DNA of 64,000 bases from Eukaryota sp. GEM-RC1 (taxonomy: Eukaryota): NCBI GenBank assembly GCA_040285855.1, contig JAUFOQ010000005.1:558001-622000 (forward strand), read 5' to 3'. Each line of letters starts with the position of its first letter. The stretch's first letter is position 1. Under the pieces are notes generated by a model. The model had not been told where the DNA came from, did no database searches, and saw only the letters and a program-made list of their open reading frames with translations. Of the stretch, positions 22,650-36,834 are shown in pieces. Both the position numbers and the translations under genes were made by a program.

Positions 22650-23990
22650 TCAGTTACTACTGCTATAAAGGTGTACTTCAACACATCTCTCACAACTACA
22701 TTCATTTTTGAAATCTTTACATCTTGTTGCCTCTCTTTCTAAACGGAAACGCTCAAGGCTATTAGAAGCTCTCTGGTATCTCTCGTAGAGAACTTCCACA
22801 GGAGTCTGTGCAACTTCCCTAGCAACTTCCTCTTCAGAATTCACAAGCCACCATTGAGGGCGAAATGACTCTATTGTAAGAAATCCGTCTTCATCCAAAA
22901 GTGTCGTCACACAATGATAACATGGCAGTCTACACTCTGAGACACCACTGTTCACTGGGTATCAACAAATTCTGCTGCATTGGAGACTGTATTTAATACT
23001 TCAAGCATTGTCAAGTAGCGACTTTTTTTACACCCGGTTCAAATACATTTTTGACAGCAGGAGCATGTAGGTCCGGATGCAGAGATCTTTTTTCTTCGGC
23101 AACTATACGTTTAAAATCAGAAAGCTGTTTCATAACAGTGACATTGATGTTGTTGAAAATTCCTTCCAGATCTCTCTTGTTAAATTTGTCACCTGTTTTG
23201 ATTGCATGATGAGCACTTTCTGCTCTACTAGTAGTGAAAGTGTTACAATGGCGAAATGCGTCAATATAGCGTCTAACAAAAGACTTCTTGAAGGGCATCC
23301 ACTGATCAATTACATACTTTAAAACAAAAATCCAACCCGTGCATATATGAACTATGCTTTATAGCACCTTTTAGCTCCGGAGTGTTTTCATACTTGTTCC
23401 AGTAGTATCCCAGATTTTCCGACAGTAATTCTTCTGTGTTGGAACCAACCACAAGCCTCCGATCTTTGAGAAAATCAGTCCACATCATTCGGTTGGCACT
23501 TGTCTTGTTTGAGTTTATGTTCTGGATGATATGGAACATGCAAAGAATATGTCCCGTTTCCGGATACATTTGATGGATCGAATTCATTAGTGCCAAATCG
23601 CGATGGGTTACAATAACTTCAGGGGAAACAGGTCATATTGTTTTGAATTTCTCCTATGCCCAACAATATTCTTCTTCATTTTAGCGGTTATGAAGCGTCG
23701 CGGAGATAGTAAAGGTCATTTTCACACTGGTGAATCCTAACAGGTGAAACATTGGCTCATATAACTCGATTGAGTTACGATGGGCTATTAGTAAACCAGA
23801 AATTCATAAACCACCATCCTCTTCTTCCTTGTTTTTAGGGAGAAAGTGGTAGTAGTTCCCATGTTTTTCTATCAGGTGATCAATGGTTGTCGATCATTCC
23901 TCTTTTCCCTTCTAAGCTTGACCTTTATGTTGGAGAGATTTTTGGATGTAACTAGTATATGCTGTGAGTCTCGATCGAACTGACCCTCTT
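22650..23990 (-). pseudogene. MULE transposase pseudogene
   Basis: VIVTHRDLALMNSI...HILCMFHIIQN; TTSRAESAHHAIK; LPCYH; multiple stops and frameshifts. Confidence 0.75.
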
Positions 23991-24400
23991 TGGGTTTTAT
24001 TGTTACAAAGAAGTATGTGGTTTTTACGGGGTAATTCTATCCTGAAAGAAGTCCACTGTATAGATATGAAGGAGTAAATGCCAAAAAAACAATCTATCAT
24101 TTGCTGAAAGAGTATGGTCTGCTGTTGATCTTCAACTGCAAAAGAAGGTGCAGGGTGATCCATCAAAGTATTATGATCACTTGGATCAAGTATTATGCTC
24201 TCAGTCAATCTACCACTTTTAGAGCAGAAAGAAACACAGATTTCCACTCTTGATATTCTGAATTGCCTTAAAGATGTGAATGTATCTTCTGTGTTAGTTG
24301 GATGGGCCACTATGAAGGGCTCAAGACTTGTTGAGGAATGAAGAGGAACTTTGGGGTAGAGAAGATGTATGTACTGGAAGTAGATGAAGGAGTGATGACA
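23990..24400 (-). pseudogene. Possible N-terminal remnant of the F-box-like/LRR family
   Basis: Ser-rich start, then ILFQQMIDCFF...ISIQW resembling FQQSLL...SLKW of paralogs. Confidence 0.3.
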
Positions 24401-26894
24401 ATGGAAGATTTGAAAGAAGAATAGCTGGAAGAACTTGTAGAGTCTAGTGATGAATAATGCAATGGTGAAATAGCCAATCTGTTGCCAGAGTCAGTAGATT
24501 ATGTTCCTAGAAGACACCAAGATGCTGGTTTTAAACGTTTCATTACTTGTCTTGAAGAAAATTAGATCAGTTTCTCTGTTTGTGGGTTTGGTCACTTTTT
24601 GTTCAATCGTGTACTTTACGTGACAATTCTTATACATCATAAATATGCATGTACGAGTTGAAGATCGCTGTTTTACGGAATAGTATCTCCAGTAATTTAG
24701 GAATTACTGTAGTAATCGTAATTCTAAGAATTCCTGAGACATGAAGCCAGTAATTAAAAAGTATGGTTCTACTGCCAGTGAAAATGAAATCAAACATCAA
24801 TTTCCAGAACTCAAAAGGCAAGCAATCTACAGTAAATGAAGAAAAAGAAAAGATTAACGTTTTACTTCAGATTGGTCGTTGTGTATGAATATTTGAAAAT
24901 ATTTCGTTTTTCAGCTTTTGATAAACGATTTTCACTAACACCATGAACAAAGTTCCAAAACACAAGGATCAATAGTAGTGAAATATATCACTGCTTGTCA
25001 ATAGTAAAATCCAACTACATGAATCAACACGAGGTTCAATAAGAATTGATATTAGTGTCATCACTGTAATGTTTAAGAAGATGTTCAAATTTTCCCATTA
25101 AATACATGACACTTAAACATTTCCAACTTAACCTTACGAACCGAGTTGTATTATATATGAAATCAATTTTGTTGGACACTACAGCAATTGGTTTAATTAG
25201 TGTGGACCACACTAATTTTCATTACTTTGTCAGCTCGTAGAAATTAGAATTAGTGTGGACCACACTAAATATAATCTAATAAACCTAGTGTGGATTGAAT
25301 TCTTCGAAAAAAGATTTAGTGTGGATTGAGTTCTTTTTAAGATGATATAATAGTAGTAGACTACTGGTGTTGTGTATAATCTTGGAACTTTACAATTCGA
25401 TAAAAGTTCTTTCAATAATGTTTGTTATTTACTACCAGTGTGAATTTTTTCCCACTATTACAACAAATCGTTAACTGCGATACTAAATTGATCAGGATCC
25501 TTTTGATAATTTCCTGAAGCTCTGATTTTAATTGTTCAATTTCCCAAAGAACCAGTTGTGGTCAAGCTCAAACCACATAAAATAATGGCTTTGCGAGCAT
25601 GTGAATTACAATTTCAGTCAGTCTGCCTTGACTTCATTGACACATTCTTCACCTACTTTAATAAAGAATTGTTTTCCGGTATTTGAAATCTTTCAATTCT
25701 GTGTCCCACTTCTTTAACCATTTTGTTTTGATTTTTGGAATGACAACATAATCTGCGGGTTGTAGTAAATGAGTGGTGTTGGGAGGGAGACAGGACTCCG
25801 TTCAGTCGTCTCTCTGTCCGTCAAAAACTGCCCAGATTTCGATTTTTACCATGTACTTCTGTAAGGAATGTGGAAAACGATATGCGTTTATTGGTTTACT
25901 CCTGCTGATTACATCTAATAGAAGGAATTCATTCATTGGGGAATCAACTTGTTGCAAAAAACTTTCATTCATCTGTTTCTTTCTAAAACAGTCACTGTAT
26001 TACATATTAATATCCACAACTAATATATAATCACACTACACATATTTACCACAATGTTGCTTTGACACAGCTTTGACACAGTGTTGCTTTGATGTTGACA
26101 TACCGCAGAACCGTTCCTACTAACAAGCTTTCTTCATTGGAATTGTATCTGAATGTTCATTCGGATAGGCTCCTGTATATGGAGTCAGAAGAGACATATT
26201 CATGACTTAAAGTGGTCAGACTACGATTGTTCCAGATTTGTTCTTGCTGTTATCTGCTGCTTACGTGTGTATAAATCCCTGTTATTATATGAGTTCTTTT
26301 TCTTCAGAATCGCCTTCATTAGTTTCGTTTTTAGTAACCACTGTATAGGAAACTCCTTAGATTCTTGTCGCTTGTCTCAATGATCGCTGTTAGAGAAAAG
26401 TACTACGTCTAAATTGACTTATTGAGAACTTGTTCCTAATCCACACACTCTATAAAAACATCACATCGCTTCAAACAAGTTCTTGATTCTCAATACAAAC
26501 CACCTTGCTGCTATTCAGATAGATGGTTTTCTCCACTAAGTTCGTCTTAAAATTACTCTTACCTGTGAGTTACTACTGCCCTCTCTTTCATCTTCTTGAA
26601 CAACATCACGTCAACTCCTTGATTTCCCATGACTTCTAGTACCAATTTGACATTGACGAACAGAGTTTTACTCATTCTTTGTGATTTATCTTGTTGATGA
26701 ATGTCTACTTTGGCCACTTTTCTTTGAATCACTAGATCACGAGTCAGTCTCTTATTGTCAAGAGTAAAACTTACTCATAACAGGGTGTGTTTTTTTATTG
26801 ATATTCTTTTGATTATTGATTGTATTAATCTTAATCAGAGATCTGCTGATTAAAAATAATAATGACAATTTCTAAAACTAAAAAGATAAACAAT

Positions 26895-29376
26895 CTACAG
26901 TAAATGTATTTTTACAAAACCATTTCCATCATTACTTCCACTAGTATTTACTGGATTTAATCCTGAATTGAAAGATCCAGCTCCATATGAGGGGTATACA
27001 CTGTTATACTGAGCATGAGGGACTACACTACCCCCGGTATACCCCCCGCCTCCACCTCCTTCAAATTTAGCACCTCCACCACCACCAAATCCTCCGTGAG
27101 CTGTAATGGAATCACTAGTATCACTTTGACCACCCATTCCTCCATTAAGAAAAGACTTACCTCCAGTACTATTACCATAAGTTGCATTCTGACCATCAAC
27201 AGTGAATCCACCTCCTCCAGCACCATACTCACTTTTACCAACACCTTCAGTGAAATCTACTCTACCATCAGGTCCGTTTGTTTTCACATAACTATAACTC
27301 TGCCCATTACCACCTCCTGCAACTACTAAAGGAGAAGAATCCAATACAACAAAGGAACCACCTCCACCTCCTCCACCAGCATACATACCACCTTTACCAT
27401 CACACCCAACCTGCCCGACCAATATTTTAATAATTTGACCAGATTTCAATTCAAACTCACCTATCATTACTGCTGCTTTTCCAGGTTTAGTTGAAGTGTT
27501 ATAATGATTATTACCACCTCTAGCTCCAGCACATTCAATTCTATACATTCCAGTTAATGGTACAGTCCAATGTTGAATCCCATCAATAACATTAAATTTT
27601 ACAGTGTTTCTTACCCAGTCATGGTTATAAGCACCAATACAGTCCTTAAGAGAAGATCCAGTTCTGCCTGTTTTTCCTGCATTAGTAAAGGTAAATGGGA
27701 GTCCAGTTACTAATTGAGTATTACTTTGTTTCAAAGTGACAACATTCTTTTCTAACTCAGATTTATCATTATTTAAATTCTGAACAAGATCGTCAAGTGT
27801 TTTGTTTTGCTGGGACATAGTCAAGAGCTCATTTTTTGAAAGTTTAACACTAATAAGGCATTATCAGCAAAATACTTTTGGAAGAATTGAAACAATTTTG
27901 AATCATTTTTTAATTCTGAAAATATTTCAAAAATAGCAACAGGATCTGTCACTTTCAAATCAAAACCAATGACACAATCATGAAATACGTCAACATCCCA
28001 ATCAAAATTTCTCCAAGAATCAACAAGACTTTTGGCCAAAAACGTTGAATAATCAGCTGTAACTGATGGAGAAAGAAGTTTGAAAGCTAAAGGTGATGGA
28101 GAAAATCCTTGATAACTATGTAGAAACTCAAAAGGAACAACTTTCATAAAATTAACAACAAAATATTCAAGATCAGATTTGGCTCTATCAGCAGCTTGAA
28201 AAGTCCATAAAAACCAATGAGGAGGAATTTTCTCCAATTGTTTAATATTTGAAAAATTATCAACTGACCATTGTAATAAAACCGACTCAAAAGATTTTTC
28301 ATCAAATAAATGTTGAATTAAAGCGTACAGATTGATGTAATCAAACTGATGAATATCAATCAAAATTAAAATAGAATTTAATTCTTCACTTGCCAATTCA
28401 TGATTTTTAAAAGTTTCTAAAAGACATTGAATAAGCCACCAATTATCAACAATAGGAAACAACCTTTGAAGTATTTCAACAGACAATGGTAATGAATCGA
28501 GTTTCAGGGGTTGAGACAGATTTTTAAAGATATTTAAAATTGTTTCAACAAATCCTATTTGATGACGAACATTTGCTAAATTCAAAAGCGTCAACAATTC
28601 CACATCAGTAAAGGTATTTGTTAACAAAACGACTTACAAGCTTCCAAAAGCTCTGGAACTTGAAAATAAAAGGACAATTGGTAAAAACTTAAAACATTGG
28701 AAATATTGAGTTCAATTGAATTGGAATAGAACAAATTAAAAAACTGTTCAAAAATGTCTTTTTCTACTCCTTCAAATTCCGATTCATAAGTGATTTTTCG
28801 AATATTTGAATCAATAAAACTAGTAGAGAATTGGTTCAGAAAAGTTGCTGACGTGGCAACTAGAATTAGGGTATTTGTTTGAATGTGTACTTCTTTGTAG
28901 GTAATTGACACGTCACTAGGGGCAAACTTTTGAAAATTAGACACAATCACGTCATGATTTAATTGGAAAGTAAACGTTTCCTTCAGGTTCAATTCAGAAG
29001 CAATAAGAAGAGCAAGATAGTCAGAAAGATTAGTGTATTTCAAGTAAGTAGAGACAACACCAGTATGATAGAGATCTTGAAAAGTGAACTTCAGAGGGAG
29101 ACCGTAGAAGGAGTCCAAGACTTTGAAGAAGAGGGAGGAATCGGGAAGTAGAGGGAAAATGGGATCGAGATCATCAACTTTGGAGGAAGAGAACAGTTTG
29201 GTTTTGAGTAGGTCACTGAAGAGAGAAACGACGACAGAATGACAAGGAAACTCGTCATCGTGAAGGGAAATGGATGAGTCAATGAGAACACCTTCTTTAC
29301 GAAGATTACAAAGCTTTGCAGTGATTGTAGAATGAGGGAAGGCAAAGGCTTGGGTAGGAGAGAATTCTGTCCGCAT
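26895..29376 (-). CDS. Tandem BTB/POZ - helical region - coiled coil - ALK/LTK-type glycine-rich domain protein (two homopolymer frameshifts)
   Basis: FPCHSVVVSLFS and TNTLILVATSATF...FYFQVPELLEAC BTB motifs; FTFTNAGKTGRTG...GIQHWTVPLTGMYRIECAGARGG...ILVGQ...GGGGGSFV; frames join at 28626-28629 and 27832-27837. Confidence 0.8.
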
Positions 29377-31579
29377 ATAACAACAGGAACAACAAGATCT
29401 GGGATGGAAGGAATTTGAATTGTCTCATTTGGTTCACGGCACAGACATGAACCATCAAGTACTATGGTTGAGACTTACACTACCATTGGAATCACCCATA
29501 GTGGTTGTGTATTTCAGTGTTTTTGGAGTGAAAATATTAACTTAATACAGTCAGGCATCAATATTTTCAGGATCTGTATTTGGAATGTTCCTCTATCGTC
29601 AACAGCCCGAATTTTGTTCCATAATAAAACGTCTTCTGTGTCCTCTCATTGATACTATGTGTTACATATAATGTCAGGTTATCATCTCTTAGTCGTTGTT
29701 GAAGAATGATTTGATATCTCTCCTATCACGTTATTTCCGTTCCAGAGTAACACAAGATCGTGCCTTATCAGTTCTACTACTGTTTGAAGACCAACGAAGA
29801 CTGTCTTTATGTCTAAGCTATCAATACAACAATGAAATGTACCTTTTTATCTTTGAAAACCAAGCTCTTGACTGACAGTGTAACAAGAACATAAATGGGC
29901 CAACTATACATCTTAAACAATACTCTCGGTCATGTTCTCATCCAGTTTCTTGGATTTGCCACAACAGTTGAGAAAACTCTAGAAGTTATAGAAAACGACG
30001 ACGTGCTGGAGGCGGTGAAGAAGATCGCAAAGCAGGTTTAGATCTTAGTTTCTTGATGTAGAAAGAGGGCGAATCTGAAACAATATCGTCTCAAGAAACA
30101 CGCATTAAGGATGGACAATTGGCTGGGTTCTTGCTAAAATACCATCAAAGATCAGATGAGATGAATCCAAGGAATATAAGAAGAGACAATGGGATTGAGT
30201 CTATACAGTAGAAACCATACCTGGAAAATACAAGGGTCAAACAAAATACAAATACAAAAATACAGATACAGATTAAAATACAAAAATACAAAGACAATGA
30301 TGTTGTATTATCTGTATTTTTAGTAGTGTACAAAGAACACAATGATGTTAAATGATCGCCTGCATGTACATGTATTTAGATTCGTTTCTTCTAATACTAA
30401 AGTTAAACTAACGTTTAACGTTGGTTCATGTAAATAGGGAACAAATTCTAATGAAGATGACATTAATGATGTAACTGACGTTGAAGACTCAGAGGACGAT
30501 GTGATAGAGGATCCTTTTCTTGTATGTAGTGACTAGTGAACAATAAAGTACCTCTACTTTTTTAGAACAAAAGGTGCACACGTGCCCAAAAACAAAACGA
30601 ACGTGTGAAACACGTGTCCGACACATTTCGAACACTGCTTGAAACTGCTGAAAGGAACAAATTAAATCTGGAGAGGAGGGTTGTCGTTTTCCCTTTTCAA
30701 AGCAGTGTTTAGGTATTTTGATTCGATTTTGTACATCTCTTTGCATTGAGACATGAATTTGAGAGGATGTAGAGGTATTTGTATCTCATTTGTTAATATT
30801 GATGATAAAGTAGTGTGGATTTTATTACTCTATCAAATTGATAGTATCAATATTAAGTTGACGTATAACGGTAGTTCACATGCTCGCAAAGCCATGAATT
30901 TATGTGGTTTGAGCTTGAACAAAACTGGTCGTTGGGAAATTGAACAGTTGAAATCAGAGCTTCAAGAAAACAACAAAAAGAATCCCTAGTCAATTCAAAA
31001 ACGCAGTTAAGGAGTTGTTGTAATAGTGAAATAGAAATTTCATAATGGTAGTAAATAAAAACACTATTGAAGGAACTTGTATAGTTTTGTGTTGTTTTAA
31101 GAACATACACAACACCAACTACAATTATAATGACATCATTTATAAAAATCTTTCAATCCACACTAATTAAACCAAATTGATGTAGTTCAGTTCAGTTCAC
31201 ACTTTTTATGAGCCAAACTGAACTGAGCAACAATCCTAGGAATCTCGAAGCTTTGATTTCAATTTTGATCATTTAATTTAGTATCAGACAAGTTACTACA
31301 ATGTAGTATATTGTAATAATGACTGATAGTCATAAACGGTGTTTTTTAAAAAAATACTGAAATCAGAGTATTAGTGTTATAATCAATATCATTCTCATCT
31401 ATTTGCTCCAGACTAACACTACAAGCAACAAGGAGTAACTACATGAAAATCACCTCAAAACTCAGGCTAGTTGATTAAATGTTTCAATTTAGTAGTGGTT
31501 AACTAGTGATAAGTGGTTTTGTTTCAAGGAGAGACAGTATAATTAAGGTTTGAGTTTTCAATTGGTACTGCTTTATTTT

Positions 31580-31990
31580 AACAATGTTATAACTTTTAAC
31601 GCCTCTGTCAAATATGTAGTACCAACATCACCAATAGAGTTGTACCCCGGATCAACATTAGTGACTGTGCTATTAACTTTCAATGCCTCAGGTGTTACCA
31701 CTAAGCTAATAGCGCTATTAGCATAGTGGTAACACCTCTGCCAATACAATAACTAGAGGACTAGGAGAAGAGTCAGAAACATAGATTTTGAAAGATGACT
31801 GAGAAAATGGAGGTGTATTGAAGCCAGTAGTGATTGTTGGAAGTGCAAATGATTGGAAGGAGAATAGGTGAGGGAGCTCAGGGCGGAAGATGCAACAAAG
31901 CTAGGATTCGAAGAGGAAACAACTAGAAGAGGATCCATCACACTCAACAACGTCAGTAACTAAAACACAATCATATATGGAACGACTACT
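31580..31990 (-). pseudogene. Internally deleted F-box-like/LRR pseudogene
   Basis: NHLHFQQSLLASIHLHFLSHLSK followed closely by one LRR (LKVNSTVTNVDPGYNSIGDVG). Confidence 0.65.
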
Positions 31991-32108
31991 ACTCATTGGA
32001 GGAACATAATTACTCACGTTAGATGAAGTCTAACAGGACTAATTAGGGATAGCTAATCCGTGTTTTGGTATTAGGGGTGCTAAGTACCAGTACTACATGT
32101 AGGTACTA

Positions 32109-33769
32109 CAGTCAGGTTCCTGTAATTCCAACCCCCATAATTTCAAGGTTCCTGTAATTTCAAGGTGCCCTTCCTTCCGATACCTCTAACATCAACTTTT
32201 CTCTAATATAACTGCTATCAGCTTCTAGAACTACTTAAGTGCATCTTCTGAAACGTTGATATGAGTCTGCATGGAATTTCCTGTTTTCGAGCATTTAGTG
32301 TTCTGATAGCTTACTAAGTATGTTCTAGCTATGCTGATGATTAGACCTTGGAATCGGATCAACTTCGGATCGGATAATCCGATCGGATTTCTCGGATCGG
32401 AGCGATTTTCTTGGTTTTGCTCGGATTCCGATTCGGATCGGATTTATCCTACCAGATCCGAAATATCCGATCGGATTTCTAATGATTTTGATATTGTTGT
32501 AGACCCAAAATACATTTGATTACTTTACTAATACTAATATAGATACATTAGTTGGTATCATTTAGTTATTATTTTTACAAAAGTAATTACTGAATTTCAC
32601 TGTATTGATCGTAAACCCCGTTTCTGTACTAATATTACTAGTTATATAAAACGATTGATTTGAAAATCTGACTGTTGAACATGACTCCTCCCTAAGTAAA
32701 TTCAGTGACTACGTCTGTCTCAAATGTCCTACTATTCCGCTGTAGATGTTCTCTCGGATTCTGCCGCCAGCAACATCGAAGTCCATTAATTTGGTGGAAG
32801 AGAAATGAAAGCACTTATACCAAACTTGCTCGAATCTTCTTTTATTGTTCAATACATGCATCATCTGTACCATGTGAAAGACTCTTTTCCCGTGTTGGGT
32901 TAATTGTGTCCAAAAAATGAACATCTCTCAAATGTGACACAGTTCGAGTATTGGTTTTACTCAATTCATGAACAAAACTTGGATTTATGGCTGATGATAG
33001 ACTATTCCCAGGAGATGCCAATTAATGTTACTTTTTGACTAATAAAACTTTGTAGAATTTTGTTATCCTTCCTTTTACAAAAATGAAGTTCATAGCACGT
33101 CGTTTCTTTATGGAACTAAAACAGAATTAATGAAATGTATTAGATAAAAAGGTCAATCCGATCGGATCTTTCGGATCGGATTCGGATATTGAACACCAGG
33201 ATCCGGATCGGATTCAGATTTCGATCAGTCAGATCCGGATCGGATCGGATTTGAGATAAAAAATCCGATTCCAAGGTCTACTGATGATTAATAGAGTCAG
33301 TTTGATGTTACTATGTGTGTCATAAATCGTGTTTTCGCGTTTGCCTGCGTTCCAACTGGTGGTTTTCTTCCACTCACTTACATCCCAAAATACTAAACTC
33401 TGAAACTCCAACGTCTTCTTCGTTGTTGTGGTAGTACTGTTGGTTACTCATTTCCGCAAATCTTGCTAAACGGGGTCTGAAACATACAAAACTCAGCTTT
33501 ACACGTCACGTTGATGAAGTCCACGGAAAAGGACATCATTTACATCCTTGCGGACGACAAGATCAACGAGAAATGAACACTTATCGAATCAGTGCGATCC
33601 ATGTGAAATACTAAGCAATACAATGAAGAATTGGTGGTTTATTAGGTTATACAGAGACTACAGAGTGTATCATGAGTGAAAGTAGTTGAGAAGATAGAGA
33701 GATCCTATAATTTCAAGGTTCCTGTAATTTCAAGGTCCGGATAGGGTTGAAATTATAGGAACCTGACTG
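32109..33769. mobile_element. Tc1/mariner-pogo type MITE (TA TSD) carrying a nested hAT
   Basis: 26-bp TIR CAGTCAGGTTCCT(G/A)TAATT(C/T)CAACCC with 2 mismatches; TA on both sides; internal repeats of GGTTCCTGTAATTTCAAGG. Confidence 0.85.
32342..33280 (+). mobile_element. hAT deletion derivative
   Basis: Perfect 18-bp TIR TAGACCTTGGAATCGGAT; perfect 8-bp TSD CTGATGAT; TCGGA subterminal repeats; dimerization-domain remnant WWKRNE...ASSVPCERLFS. Confidence 0.93.
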
Positions 33770-34819
33770 TATCTTGACTGATAAACGACAAAGAAACGAT
33801 GTTTTGCTAGTGAACTACATGTTGTCTTCGTCAATTTTTTCGTTTAAGTATCTAATACGTTCTCGTGCTACTTTCCTAATCAGCCTTTCTCAAAGTGTAT
33901 CTACTCTTTAGATACCAAAGATTACTGCCAATTTATGGACCGTGTCTAGTGTACGATTAGAATAACAACGAACATCAAGAACAGAGGTTTGTCGATGTAG
34001 ATCACTTACATAACATTAGTCTTGAGCAGTCTTCCAATATATGTACCTTTTGGTGGACTTTTGAAAACATGACCTTTATGTGAGTAATTCTGACTGATAC
34101 ATCATGAGTTAGAATCACCCGAGAAATCTAATGTGTATTGAAGCAACATAAAAACATATAGTCTGCTGAGTACTCCCAGACGCTGATGATTCTGCATTTT
34201 AAGTGTTAATTATAGTCTGTTTTCATCAAAAGTGTAGACACTATCTGATGTTCAATAGCAACTTAATACCATGTGAGTTGTTACTGTATCACACTTTACT
34301 TCATTAACTACACGTCAACAGGTCAAATCGAACGTTTTTACAGAATTATGACAAAACACAGTCAACTCCAGACTAATTTCTATAAAAGTGAGATTCTGAA
34401 AAAGTTGCAAAACAAGAATTAGTTTGGACCAGACAAATTAAACCAATTGGTGTAGTTTATGACCTTCGTCGACTTGATCTCGAAGCAGCAACATCATCAA
34501 AAAACATACCTGGGCATGACGTCATGACGTTATTGTATTTGTTTGTGAAGTATTATGACATATCATTTAATGCTAATTAATTACTGCGAAATAAACATCG
34601 CACGACATTTTCCAAACAAACTCTATTCCCCATTATAGTTTCACTCTGACGTTTTCTGACATTCCTTGTTTATATATTATGCATAATGAATCTGTCGTTG
34701 AAATACACTCTGATTGAGGGACAATCAGATGCTGAAATCTGAGCTCACACTGAAGACTCCACACTCTCTACGGAGTCCCCTAGTGGCTATCATGAACACC
34801 CTTTAAGTTCAAAAACTCA

Positions 34820-36200
34820 TCCTGAGTGGACTTTAGTATGGAAACGGAATTATGCAAATAAATGTGGTGATCTTGTTTGTCGAGGATGTGGACATCAACT
34901 ACGAAAGACTAGCATAACTAGGATGCAGACTCACTTAAAAACTTGCGATTCTCTGTAAAACACTAAGGAACTAAACACACTGATTGCATATCTCGAAAAA
35001 TGCAAACATCAGCTCATCACAAAGAAGAACTCGAAACAATATACTGTATCGACTGTCAAGAAAATAACCTCGCCAGTACAACCATCCCTTCAACAAGCAA
35101 TTTCCACCAAAAATGTCCTCGATGAAGTTAATAGAACAGTGGTTCAAGCTCTTGTATGCTTGGGCTTCCCTCTCAGTACCCTTGAAAATCCTATCTTTAT
35201 CAACGTGCTTCATATTATTATTAAATATGCTCGATCACGTCAACTACCTGTTGATTACGAAATTCCTTCAAGAGAAAAAGGATCCCGGAAAACCTAAGTC
35301 AATTGAAAACTCGAATCAATGAGTTGTTTTCTGGTAAATTAACGCCCAATATTTCAAAGTCTGGGTTTGACATTACGGTGGATGGTTATTCAACCAAAGG
35401 AGATACCGCATTGGGAGAAAGTCCAAATGCCAACCACTTCAAAACAATTCTTGAATGGGGTACGGAACAAGCAATGAGTTTAAAAAATGTTTCAATTAAA
35501 GGTCTTTTATTTGAAGAACAAATGCTCAAAGACAAAACCACTTCAATAGATGATGATTTCCGTAAAAAGATGTCAAATCTGTCATGGGTTACTTTAGATG
35601 GTGCCAGGGTCAACAACAGTGCAAGAAGTCAGCTGCGATCAGAAGGAATACTGTGTTGTATTTGTTTTACACATTCAATTTCATTAACACTAAAATCATT
35701 CCTACAAGTCGAATAGATTAGGCAATTGAACAATAACTTTACTCATGCAGTTGTTTGTCTAAGTCTTCCACTGCAGATATTCGACCAACCCCTTTAAATT
35801 TGGTACTGAAGGACTTCTTAAAAGTCGATGTCACAGTGGCTTAAAGACTTGGGTGGTTACAGACTGAAATCATATCCCGTTACACGCATTGCTTACTTTT
35901 TAATCACCTTAAAAAGAATTCTTGAAAACAGAAAGTACATGATTCAGGTGGTACAACTACAATTGTTTGAGAACAAGATACGAAATACAAGAAATCTTCT
36001 TAAGCGATCCCAGTTCTTGGAGTCCAGATCACTTGTGATGGACAAAGAATTGTTTTGGCACAATTGTGAAGTATTTGTAGCCATTTGTGGTCCTATTCTT
36101 GCTCTAAGAATGGCTGATAAGTGTTCTTCAGGCTTTGTTTCATTCATTCATTTTGGAAGGGGTGTTGTTCGAAGATTGATTAAACACATTCACCGGAAAT
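34820..36200 (+). pseudogene. hAT transposase pseudogene (BED finger + DDE)
   Basis: CRGCG...RMQTHLKTC; ITVDGYS; VTLDGARVN; CFTHSISL; PVTRIAY. Confidence 0.7.
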
Positions 36201-36269
36201 GAACAAATTTCAGTTGAAAAAATGGATGCTATGGATCACTAACTCAGAGTCAGCAACAACTCCATTGAT

Positions 36270-36610
36270 TTTCACCATATCTATGGACACTTCTGCAGCT
36301 TCTCCCCACAGAGACGTTATCAATTCCCCTATTCAGTCTCCTGTTGTCCCATCTGCTTCTTCTCATTCAAGGTACGACGAGTTAGAATCAATTTCTGAGA
36401 CGGACTTCACCTTAGCTGATCCTTCGCATTTTTTTCTGAAAGAAAAGGTCGTCCCATTGGATCTTCAAGTACTTCACCAAGACGGACGCTTGTAATGTAA
36501 CGACACAAACTGCCGTCTTCATCACAAACCCTACTCCAATGGTACTCATGGTACCATTACCTACCATCTTCGTCGACATCACCCAGCTTCCTTAGAGAAC
36601 AACAAAAGGA
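36270..36610 (+). pseudogene. BED zinc-finger remnant of another hAT
   Basis: HFF...GRL*CNDTNC...GTITYHLRRHHP. Confidence 0.4.
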
Positions 36611-36834
36611 GAGATGCGAGTTCTATCAGAGGGAAATCAACTCTCTTTCGGAACAAGCAATGAGCCTGAGTCAGCCGACAAAGAATAGTCTATATCATAG
36701 TGTTTAAACCAGGTTTGAACCTAAACAAAACATTGAGAATCCTAACTGTCCTTAAACCCAGGAAACCTAACTGTCCTTAAACCCAGGGCGTCGAAATTTA
36801 ACTGAACCTATATCTGTTTTCAGACAAACTAAAC

